Positions 1 to 7,960 of a stretch of 64,000 nt of DNA are shown piece by piece. How positions within the stretch are numbered: the first letter of the stretch is position 1; each line of letters starts with the position of its first letter. Source of the stretch: Clostridiales bacterium (GTDB lineage Bacteria; Bacillota; Peptococcia; DRI-13; UBA5745); assembly GCA_038562165.1 (NCBI GenBank), contig JBCFAO010000019.1:995-64994 (forward strand). Reading direction: 5' to 3'. Below the pieces are notes generated by a model. It worked only from the letters and a program-made list of their open reading frames with translations, was not told the DNA's origin and did not search any database. A program made the translations under genes and the position numbers.

Positions 1-472
1 GCTGGCCATTCCGGCCCGGCCGGAAGCCATAGCTGCTTTCCGAGAATCTTGGCTCGAAGATGGATTGCAGTACCTGCATAACCGCTTGCTGCACCATTCG
101 GTCAATTACCGTTGGCACGCCAAGCTGTCTTTTCCCGCCATCCGGCTTCGGGATTTCCACCCGTTTCACCGGCTTTGGTTTGTACCAGCCTCCCCGTATA
201 CTTTCCACCAGTTCTTCCTTGTGTTCTCTCAGGTAGGGCAACATCTCTTCTACGGTCATTCCATCTACGCCTGCTGCTCCGCCGTTTTGCTTCACTCTCT
301 TGTACGCTGCGTTCAGGTTATCCCTATGCAGTATCCTTTCGAGCAAGCTCTCTGCACCGTTCTTCTCTGCGGTCTCCGCTAAGACCATACTCCGCGCTTT
401 TCGGTTACTCTCCGTTTCCAACGTACCCTCGCCAAAACAGCCAGTTTTACCTGTTTTCTGCTCTCTCTGCAT
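1..472 (-). CDS. Group II intron-encoded reverse transcriptase/maturase (N-terminal part, runs off the left edge)
   Basis: Manual minus-strand translation from ATG 472..470 gives MQREQKTGK...LLERILHRDNLNAAYKRVKQNGGAAGVDGMTVEEM...VKRVEIPKPDGGKRQLGVPTVIDRMVQQAVMQVLQSIFEPRFSESSYGFRPGRNGQ. These are RT domains 0-3 of LtrA-like intron proteins. The ORF is absent from the ORF track because it is open at the window edge. Confidence 0.88.
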   Translation of the reverse strand, partial: MQREQKTGKTGCFGEGTLETESNRKARSMVLAETAEKNGAESLLERILHRDNLNAAYKRVKQNGGAAGVDGMTVEEMLPYLREHKEELVESIRGGWYKPKPVKRVEIPKPDGGKRQLGVPTVIDRMVQQAVMQVLQSIFEPRFSESSYGFRPGRNGQ

Positions 473-918
473 GGTCTCACCTTCCTCTCACTTGAAGAAT
501 CTGTTACTGTTCAGCCCTTCCCGACAGAGAGGAATTCGCCCTCTCTGCCGGTACTATGGCCTCTGCTGACTTCTCACCATTTAGCCATCCATCTCTGCAT
601 GGGTTCAGCTAGTGTCAGGGGTAACCTGTCTTTTGCCGCCTGGTGAGACCTCCCCGGGTAAGAGTGGTAACTTTCCTCCCAGGCAACCGCTGCATTTACA
701 CCACGGGGTTCGGGCAGTATTGGATTTCGTTTTGTTAGGCAAACTCATCCGCCCCGCAATTGCCTTCTATGCAGTTTCTGTTCGTCGGTTCGGGATTTTG
801 CCGCCGGCTTCCTTCAGATTCCGCCTCGCGACGGACACCCTTGCCTTTGGCTAACAGTTCCTACTGCCAAGTCTGTAGCGGACTTTCACCGCCTAGTTAC
901 CACCCATGCCGGGCGCAC
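1..918 (-). mobile_element. Group II intron, 5' portion (ribozyme domains I-III plus start of the domain IV ORF), truncated by the window edge; IIC-like
   Basis: The minus strand from 918 reads GTGCGCCCGGCATGGG, the canonical GUGCG intron 5' end. About 446 nt of non-coding structured sequence follow, with GGTGAAAGTCC, GGAATCTGAAGGAAGC and TTACCCGGGGAGGTC motifs typical of bacterial group II ribozymes. An RT ORF then opens at ATG 472. Confidence 0.85.
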
Positions 919-926
919 CTATTCAC

Positions 927-956
927 AAGGAGCTGCCGCATTTACGGCAGCTCCTT
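927..956. terminator. Perfect 12-bp stem / 6-nt loop hairpin abutting the intron 5' end
   Basis: AAGGAGCTGCCG-catttA-CGGCAGCTCCTT, followed by TTTT on the plus strand. In minus-strand sense it lies 8 nt upstream of the intron 5' end. Confidence 0.6.
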
Positions 957-1022
957 TTCCTGGTGTAAACCTAATTTCCAATAATTTTATAAAAAATTAA
1001 CCCGGATTTAGTTTTTTGATAA

Positions 1023-1051
1023 TTGACAGAGTCAAAAACTGGGTTTATACT
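1023..1051 (+). promoter_or_regulatory. Sigma-A type promoter candidate
   Basis: TTGACA (1023-1028), a 17-nt spacer, then TATACT (1046-1051). Confidence 0.55.
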
Positions 1052-1315
1052 TATCTTAAAAATATTTTTCTGCACTACTAAACTTTTTTTAGCATTTGGT
1101 CTTTGTAATTGATCCTTATCGTTATTTATACTCTAGCCGTTACTTCAGAGCTACCATAAGCGGTTGTTTCTTTCAATATTCAGTTTATTTCATCGATTAT
1201 TGGGAAGCAAGGAGCCTGGGAAAAGGATTTAAGAAGAGAGAACCGTATATAGCAGCACTGGGTTATGGGATATACAAGCCGTCTCCAAATAAAAACAGGT
1301 GAAAGAGGTGTTTCC

Positions 1316-2665
1316 ATGAAAAGTGAAACCTCCGGTTTCGGTAGTTCAACCTTGTTTGAGTTAAACGGTAAACCACCCCTGCGATTCGCCTTCCCTCAAG
1401 CCATGCAGCATATTTTGGCCATGCTGGTAGGCAACATCACCCCGCCTATTTTGGTAGCACAGTTGCTGGGCTTGCCGGAGGAAAGCAAGATCCTCCTGAT
1501 GCAGGCCGCTATGCTGATCGGCGGCATCACAACTCTTATTCAGCTTTTTCCTGTCTTCGGCTTCGGCATGGGTTTGCCCAATGTCATGGGCGTTGCTTTC
1601 GCTTATATGCCCATACTAACCTCTATTGGTCTGGCTTACGGCATACGGGCGATTTTCGGCGCCCAACTGGTAGCGGCTTTTGTTTCTATTTTCATCGGTA
1701 TGGGCATTGGCAAAATTCGCAAATATTTTCCGCCCATTGTCAGCGGCACCGTTGTATTAAGCATAGGACTTTCCCTATACACCACCGCCATTAACTATAT
1801 GGCGGGAGGCAGCGCCACCGCCAGCAATTTCGGAGAACCCCGCCTCTGGGCCATTGCTCTGATTACCCTGGCTGTAACCTTGGCCTGCAATTTGCTGGGC
1901 AAGGGCTATATCAAAGTTTCCGGTATGCTTATTGGTATTGGCGCCGGCTACATTCTGTCCCTGATCTGGGGACAGCTCTCGGGTCAGCCTATGATCTCCT
2001 TCCAAAACGTAGGCACTGCCTCTTGGGTGGCTATTCCCCGGATTCTGCCCTGGGGCCTTGATTTCAATATCTCCGCCATCATTTCTATGATTTTGATGTA
2101 TATTGTCCAGGCGGTGCAAACCATCGGCGACGTTTCCTCCACCACCATCGGCGGCTTTGGCCGGGAAGCTACGGACGACGAGCTGGGCGGCGCTATCAAA
2201 GGCCAGGGTATTTGCGGTATGCTGGGCGCCTGTATCGGCGGTTTGCCCACGGACCCCTATAGTCAAAACGTAGGTTTGATCGTTACTACGAAAGTGGTGG
2301 CCAAGCGGGTCTTTTTGATTGTAGGCGGGCTGATGATTGTAGCCGGCTTCCTGCCTAAGTTTGGCGCTTTGATGACCACAATCCCCTATCCGGTGCTGGG
2401 CGGCGCTACGATCACCGTCTTTGCCGCCATCACCATGTCCGGTATTCAGCTAATCTCCCAGCAGCCTTTAAACTACCGCAACCGCATGATTGTTGGTATT
2501 GCGTTAGCTTTAGGCGTAGGAATCAGCTCCGTACCCGTTTCGCTGCAGTTTTTCCCCATGGAATTGCAGAATATCCTGGGCAAATCGCCCATCGTCCTGT
2601 CCTTTCTGGTAGCTTTTATCCTTAACATTCTTGCACCAAAGGATGACAGCGCCGAAGAAGATTGA
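1316..2665 (+). CDS. NCS2-family nucleobase (xanthine/uracil) permease
   Basis: A polytopic protein with NCS2-like composition throughout. I chose the start at ATG 1316 (MKSETSG) because it has the SD AAAGAGGTG, rather than the ORF-track start at 1265. Confidence 0.85.
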   Translation: MKSETSGFGSSTLFELNGKPPLRFAFPQAMQHILAMLVGNITPPILVAQLLGLPEESKILLMQAAMLIGGITTLIQLFPVFGFGMGLPNVMGVAFAYMPILTSIGLAYGIRAIFGAQLVAAFVSIFIGMGIGKIRKYFPPIVSGTVVLSIGLSLYTTAINYMAGGSATASNFGEPRLWAIALITLAVTLACNLLGKGYIKVSGMLIGIGAGYILSLIWGQLSGQPMISFQNVGTASWVAIPRILPWGLDFNISAIISMILMYIVQAVQTIGDVSSTTIGGFGREATDDELGGAIKGQGICGMLGACIGGLPTDPYSQNVGLIVTTKVVAKRVFLIVGGLMIVAGFLPKFGALMTTIPYPVLGGATITVFAAITMSGIQLISQQPLNYRNRMIVGIALALGVGISSVPVSLQFFPMELQNILGKSPIVLSFLVAFILNILAPKDDSAEED

Positions 2666-2710
2666 GTTTACCACGGCAAAGTTTTAGGCCGGATTAGAAA
2701 ATACAAAAAA

Positions 2711-2754
2711 CATCGCCGGAGCAGCATAGCAGAAGCTCCCGGCGATGTTTTTTT
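2711..2754 (+). terminator. Rho-independent terminator after the permease gene
   Basis: CATCGCCGGAGC...GCTCCCGGCGATG stem followed by TTTTTTT. Confidence 0.85.
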
Positions 2755-2840
2755 GCATGTCAAAATTGGCCTATGACGCAAATAAGTATTGACAATGACC
2801 CTATCTTGCTCAAAATGAAAGTATAGAAGGAGGGTGGACT

Positions 2841-3632
2841 ATGAAAAAATACAAATTTATCATCTATCTTCTTTTGCTTTTTTTAGCCCTCCGTTGGGGC
2901 TATCACTATTATTTTAGTCCCACAGGGTTTCGCAGCGAGATGTTGGCCAGAGATTATTTTTCAAATGAAGTGGTCAGTATTCCTATCGTTTTATTTAAAG
3001 CTCATAGTCAGGAAAGCGTTCCTTATTCCGCAAAAGGTTATGCAATGCAGTATTATAAACAAACCGTTTTCTGCTCCATCAGATCTATTGATTGGCTGGC
3101 ACAGGAAATCTCCCTGGGGCGTTGGAGCATGGACGGCAGAAAATTAGCGAAAGAAGACATGAGCATAAACAATTTCGGCGATAGCCTTATTCTGTCAATT
3201 AATATTGAGGATCAGGTCAGTCCCTTTGCCATAACGAAAATAGCCAACAGCAAAAACGGTTATTTGTTTTCAAACATGAGCAAACAGTTTTTTGATCCTG
3301 AAAACTTTCTTGTTTATTCCTATCTGGAGCTTATCCTGCCTCTCCAGTTTATCACCGATGAGCGCATACATGATAATGTCTCGGTTTGTTATCAGGAAAC
3401 GGATTATCTTGCTGCTGCTGGAAAAGAAGAGTTCATGGCATTTTATGAGGACTTGAATCGCTATCATATTTTTGCTGAGGAAAATGGCTTTGTGATTGTA
3501 GAAGATAAGGAGCTGGGCTCGGCTCAAACTATTTATTGGCCTGTTCGCTTTATCTTTCAGGAGAAAGAGGGTAATACAAGCTTTCGTATTGACCATGTAA
3601 GCAGTGAGGAAATTGACAATTTTCATTTTTAG
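2841..3632 (+). CDS. Hypothetical membrane-anchored protein
   Basis: SD GAAGGAGGG lies upstream. There is an N-terminal hydrophobic anchor (YKFIIYLLLLFLAL). I recognised no family. Confidence 0.6.
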   Translation: MKKYKFIIYLLLLFLALRWGYHYYFSPTGFRSEMLARDYFSNEVVSIPIVLFKAHSQESVPYSAKGYAMQYYKQTVFCSIRSIDWLAQEISLGRWSMDGRKLAKEDMSINNFGDSLILSINIEDQVSPFAITKIANSKNGYLFSNMSKQFFDPENFLVYSYLELILPLQFITDERIHDNVSVCYQETDYLAAAGKEEFMAFYEDLNRYHIFAEENGFVIVEDKELGSAQTIYWPVRFIFQEKEGNTSFRIDHVSSEEIDNFHF

Positions 3633-3640
3633 TTTTTCGC

Positions 3641-3667
3641 AAGGCGGGTGCATCTCCGCCTTTTTTA
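3641..3667 (+). terminator. Rho-independent terminator
   Basis: AAGGCGG-gtgcatct-CCGCCTT followed by a T-run. Confidence 0.8.
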
Positions 3668-3764
3668 TGATAAAATAATTTGATAAACAAAGCCGCAGCA
3701 CAAGGGCTTTGCTATCTAAATTATGATCAAAATTCATATCGAAATTTATATCGGGGAGGATATC

Positions 3765-5099
3765 ATGCAGGTTTACCTGGCCACATACGGCTGCCAAGCT
3801 AATGAACGGGATTCCGAGACAATCCTGGGCATGCTGGAGCAGATGGGATATAGAGAAACAAAAAAAGAGGAAGAAGCGGACCTGATCCTGCTGAATACCT
3901 GCAGCATCCGGGAAAAAGCGGAGCAAAAGGTCTTCAGCTATTTGGGGACTTTGAAGCAATATAAGCAGGACAAGCCGGGGCTGGTTATCGGCCTTTGCGG
4001 CTGCATGGCCCAGGAGACGGATATGATCAAGCTGATCCGCCGCCGGGCTCCTCAGGTTGACCTGGTACTGGGCACCCACAAGCTCCACCGCCTGCCGGAA
4101 ATGATCCGCAATGTCCAGGGCGGCCTGGGCTTTCAGTGGGATCAGGAGGAGACAGGGGAGATCGTAGAGGCCCTGCCGGCTATCCGGCCATATCCCTTCA
4201 AGGCCTTGATCAATATTACTTATGGCTGCAATAATTTTTGCACCTACTGCATCGTGCCTTACGTCCGGGGCAGGGAGCGCAGCCGCCGTCTGGAGGATAT
4301 CCTCTCGGAAAGCCGCCAGCGGGTAGCGGAGGGGGCCGTGGAATTGATGTATCTGGGGCAGAACGTCAATGCTTATGGCAAGACCCTGAAGGATGAGTCC
4401 GCCGAAAACAAGGACAAAGAAGCCAGCTTCGCTAATCTGCTTTACCGGGCCCAAGAGATCGAGGGACTGGAAAGAATTCGCTACATGACATCCCATCCCC
4501 GGGATTTTGGAGAAGATCTGATCCGGGCCATTGCCGATTGCCCCAAAGTCAGCCGTCACATCCATTTGCCGGTGCAATCCGGCTCCAGCCGTGTTTTGCG
4601 GCAGATGAACCGTGGCTATAGCCGGGAGGAATACCTGGCTCTGGTGGAACGGATCCGCCGGCAGGTCCCCGAAGCTGTATTTACTACAGATATTATCGTA
4701 GGTTTTCCCGGCGAGACAGAGGAGGACCTCCAGGATACGATTACGCTATTGGATCAAGTGGGTTTTGATTCCGCTTTCACTTTTATGTATTCACCCCGTC
4801 AGGGCACTCCGGCGGCCAAGCTGACGGATCAGATACCTTTGCGGGAGAAGAAAGCCCGCCTTCAGGCAGTGATGGCAGCCCAGGCCAGCAATAGCCTTCA
4901 CCTCCATCAGGGACTGCTGGGGCAAACCCTCCATGTCCTGGCGGAAAGCTGGGATAACGGCTTTTTATCCGGCCGGGCCGACGGCAATCAATTGATTCAT
5001 TTTCCTGGGGAAGCCTCAGGAGTAGGAGCCTTCCATCAGGTGAAGGTCAAGGAGGCCCAGACCTGGACATTAAAAGGAGAAACCCATGGCCAAGAGTGA
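3765..5099 (+). CDS. miaB: tRNA-2-methylthio-N6-dimethylallyladenosine synthase MiaB (radical SAM methylthiotransferase)
   Basis: The N-terminus is YLATYGCQANERDSE. The radical-SAM motif is YGCNNFCTYCIVPY, and a TRAM-like C-terminus is present. ATG 3765 has the SD GGGGAGGA. Confidence 0.93.
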   Translation: MQVYLATYGCQANERDSETILGMLEQMGYRETKKEEEADLILLNTCSIREKAEQKVFSYLGTLKQYKQDKPGLVIGLCGCMAQETDMIKLIRRRAPQVDLVLGTHKLHRLPEMIRNVQGGLGFQWDQEETGEIVEALPAIRPYPFKALINITYGCNNFCTYCIVPYVRGRERSRRLEDILSESRQRVAEGAVELMYLGQNVNAYGKTLKDESAENKDKEASFANLLYRAQEIEGLERIRYMTSHPRDFGEDLIRAIADCPKVSRHIHLPVQSGSSRVLRQMNRGYSREEYLALVERIRRQVPEAVFTTDIIVGFPGETEEDLQDTITLLDQVGFDSAFTFMYSPRQGTPAAKLTDQIPLREKKARLQAVMAAQASNSLHLHQGLLGQTLHVLAESWDNGFLSGRADGNQLIHFPGEASGVGAFHQVKVKEAQTWTLKGETHGQE

Positions 5100-7941
5100 T
5101 TTCGACGTCAAAACACCGATGATGAAGCAGTATTTCGATATCAAAGCAGAAAACCCGGGGGCTTTGGTAATGTTTCGCCTAGGCGACTTCTATGAGTTTT
5201 TTGGCGAGGATGCCCAGATAGCCGCCCGGGAACTGGATATTGTACTGACCGGCCGGGATGCGGGTATGGAGGAGCGCATCCCCATGTGCGGCGTGCCCCA
5301 TCACGCTCTGGAGCAGTATTTAAGCCGCCTGGTGCAAAGGGGTTACCGGGTCTGCGTCTGCGAGCAGTTGGAAGACCCGAAATCCGTCAAGGGCATAGTT
5401 AAGCGGGGCGTAGTCCGGATTGTGACGCCGGGCACCGCCATGGAAGTGGGCGGCAGCGATGAGGAAAGCACCTTCATTGCCGCTTTGCTCCATGGCGAGG
5501 AGGAGCATTGGGCTATGGCTCTTTGCGAAGTCTCCACAGGCCAGTTGCGAATGGCTGAGTTTACCGGTCCTGGCTGCCTGACGGAATTATCCGGAGAAAT
5601 TCACCGGTTAAAACCCAAAGAGATTCTAATTTCCGAAAATGACTATCTTACCCTGACCGAATTGATCCGCCAATGGACCAGCGAGGAAAAAGAGGGCAGC
5701 GTTGTAACCCTGCGGCCCGGCTCTGCCTTTGCCCGGCAGGCCGGCCAGGAACGGTTAGCCAAACAGTTTGCTCCCGGATCTGGCACGCAAACTATTTCGC
5801 AATTCTCTCAAGAGCCAGGTTCCAGGCCTTTGTGGCTGGATTATCCCTTAGCCGGGGACTGTGCCGCCGCTATTTTAGGCTATTTGGAAGAAACCCAAAA
5901 AACTGCTCCGGCTCAAATTCGGGAGCTGGAGCTGGACCAGTCCGCCAACCGCCTGATCATGGACCCCACAACCTTTAGAAATCTGGAAATCACCAGAAAC
6001 CTGCGCACCTATGAGAAAAAAGGCAGCCTCCTGGATCTGCTGGATGAAACCCGCACCGCTTTTGGGGTCCGTTTGCTCCGCAGCTGGCTGGAACGGCCTT
6101 TAGTGGATCAGGGAGCCATAGAAGCCAGGCTTAACGCCGTAGAGAGCCTGCACCGGGATTGGAGCCGGCGGCAGGAGCTGCGGCGTCTGCTCAAGGATAT
6201 CTATGATATGGAGCGGCTGATGACCCGGGTGGCTTATCAGCGGGCTACACCCCGGGAGCTTCAGGCCTTATGCCAATCCTTTGGGGTGCTGCCGGCCATT
6301 CGCCGCCTGGCGGAAGAATTAAGCCAGGAAAGCCCCCAGTCCGAACTGGCCCGTATTTACAGGGAGCTGGATGAACTGCCGGATCTCCATGACCGGCTGG
6401 CCGTCGCCTTGGTGGATGATATCCCCAACAACTGGAAAGAAGGGGGCTTCATCCGGCCCGGCTACCATCCCCAAGCCGACGAGTATAGGAATAGCGCCCA
6501 AAACGGCCGCAGCTGGATGCTGGAGCTGGAGCAAAAAGAGAGAGAAAACACGGGCATCAAATCCCTTAAAGTCGGCTTTAATAAGGTTTTTGGCTACTAT
6601 TTCGATGTGACAAAATCCAATTTATCCGCCGTCCCCGATTATTTTCAGCGGAAGCAAACCCTGGCTTCCGGCGAGCGCTTCGTCACCGAAGAATTAATTC
6701 GTTTGGAAGGGCTGGTGCTGGGGGCTGAGGAGAAGATGGTGGCTTTGGAGTTGGAGCTATACCAGGAGCTCCTGCAATTCCTGACGGCGGCTCTGCCCCG
6801 GGTGCAGACTACGGCAGCGGCCTTAGCCAAGCTGGATGTATTCCAGTCTCTGGCGGAGCTGGCCGCTGTCCGTCAATACTGCCGGCCGGAGTTTCAACCG
6901 GCCTCTTCATCGACTATCCGCATCAAAGATTTGCGCCATCCCGTTGTGGAGCAAATCCTTGATCAGGACCGCTTCGTGCCTAACGACTTGCTGATGGACG
7001 ACAGCACCAGCCTGTTCATTATCACCGGTCCGAATATGGGCGGCAAAAGCACTTATTGCCGCAGCGTAGCTATAGCCTTTGTCATGGCCCAGATGGGTTC
7101 CTTCGTACCGGCTTCTAAGGCAAAACTGCCTTTAAGGGACCGGCTTTTTGCCCGGGTAGGCGCCAGCGACGATCTGCGGGGCGGACAAAGTACCTTCATG
7201 ATGGAAATGAATGAAGTCGCCCATATATTGCAGCATGCTACCCAAAAAAGCCTGGTGATTCTGGATGAGGTAGGCCGGGGTACCGGCACCTATGACGGTC
7301 TTAGCGTAGCCTGGTCCGTCAGCCAATACCTGGTATCCCAGATTAAGGCCAAAACCCTTTTTGCTACGCACTATTTAGAATTAACTACTTTAGAGGAACA
7401 ATATCCTGCAGTAAAAAACCTATCTTTGGTGGTGGAAGAAGAAGGGGAGAGAATCGTCTTTCTCCATAAGATATTGCCGGGTTCAGCCAACAAAAGCTAT
7501 GGCATCCATGTAGCCCGTTTGGCGGGTCTGCCGGAAGAAGTCATCCAGCAGGCCAGTGCGAAACTGGAAGAGTTGGAGCAGGCGGAGGTTTATCAGGAGG
7601 AAAAATCTCCTCTTCCCTGGCCGGCAGAAGGCTCTCAGCTTTATCCGGGTTATCTGGAAACGGCGGAAGAAATCCACGCCGCACCTCCCGGCGTTACTCT
7701 CACCAAAAGAACTCTGGCAGAAAATAGCCCTAAATCCCAATTGGCTTTATTTGCTGAAACCGCCGGAACCGGCGGGGAGCTGGGGGAATCGGCGCCGGCT
7801 AATCAAGGAACCAAAAAACCTCTGAAAGATAAGGAATGGAAAGCTATCAATGAACTGAAGAAAAAGAATATTATGGCCATGACGCCTTTAGAGGCTTTAA
7901 ATTATTTGCATAAGCTGCAGCAAAGCCTGCATAGCAGCTAA
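5086..7941 (+). CDS. mutS: DNA mismatch repair protein MutS
   Basis: N-terminus TPMMKQYFDIK. Walker A TGPNMGGKSTY. DEVGRGT motif. Its position upstream of mutL also fits. Confidence 0.96.
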   Translation: MAKSDFDVKTPMMKQYFDIKAENPGALVMFRLGDFYEFFGEDAQIAARELDIVLTGRDAGMEERIPMCGVPHHALEQYLSRLVQRGYRVCVCEQLEDPKSVKGIVKRGVVRIVTPGTAMEVGGSDEESTFIAALLHGEEEHWAMALCEVSTGQLRMAEFTGPGCLTELSGEIHRLKPKEILISENDYLTLTELIRQWTSEEKEGSVVTLRPGSAFARQAGQERLAKQFAPGSGTQTISQFSQEPGSRPLWLDYPLAGDCAAAILGYLEETQKTAPAQIRELELDQSANRLIMDPTTFRNLEITRNLRTYEKKGSLLDLLDETRTAFGVRLLRSWLERPLVDQGAIEARLNAVESLHRDWSRRQELRRLLKDIYDMERLMTRVAYQRATPRELQALCQSFGVLPAIRRLAEELSQESPQSELARIYRELDELPDLHDRLAVALVDDIPNNWKEGGFIRPGYHPQADEYRNSAQNGRSWMLELEQKERENTGIKSLKVGFNKVFGYYFDVTKSNLSAVPDYFQRKQTLASGERFVTEELIRLEGLVLGAEEKMVALELELYQELLQFLTAALPRVQTTAAALAKLDVFQSLAELAAVRQYCRPEFQPASSSTIRIKDLRHPVVEQILDQDRFVPNDLLMDDSTSLFIITGPNMGGKSTYCRSVAIAFVMAQMGSFVPASKAKLPLRDRLFARVGASDDLRGGQSTFMMEMNEVAHILQHATQKSLVILDEVGRGTGTYDGLSVAWSVSQYLVSQIKAKTLFATHYLELTTLEEQYPAVKNLSLVVEEEGERIVFLHKILPGSANKSYGIHVARLAGLPEEVIQQASAKLEELEQAEVYQEEKSPLPWPAEGSQLYPGYLETAEEIHAAPPGVTLTKRTLAENSPKSQLALFAETAGTGGELGESAPANQGTKKPLKDKEWKAINELKKKNIMAMTPLEALNYLHKLQQSLHSS

Positions 7942-7960
7942 GAGAGTACATAGAAAGAGA

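Noticed and set aside
65-984. Five plus-strand ORFs (74-127 aa) at the left edge.
   Set aside because: They are antisense to the group II intron ribozyme and its RT ORF. Their Pro/Ser/Leu/Arg-rich composition is not protein-like. The minus-strand reading explains the region completely.
1052-1315. A purine (guanine/adenine/xanthine) riboswitch or PyrR attenuator upstream of the NCS2 permease.
   Set aside because: I could not place the conserved J1/2, J2/3 and J3/1 purine-riboswitch segments or the PyrR binding loop. The region is kept only as an unexplained long leader.
3270-4577. A 435-aa minus-strand ORF, the longest unannotated ORF in the track.
   Set aside because: It lies entirely antisense to the well-supported miaB gene and the 263-aa ORF. 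It has no SD, its composition is low-complexity (Leu/Ala/Gln/Ile-rich), and it has no family resemblance. It is a typical shadow ORF.
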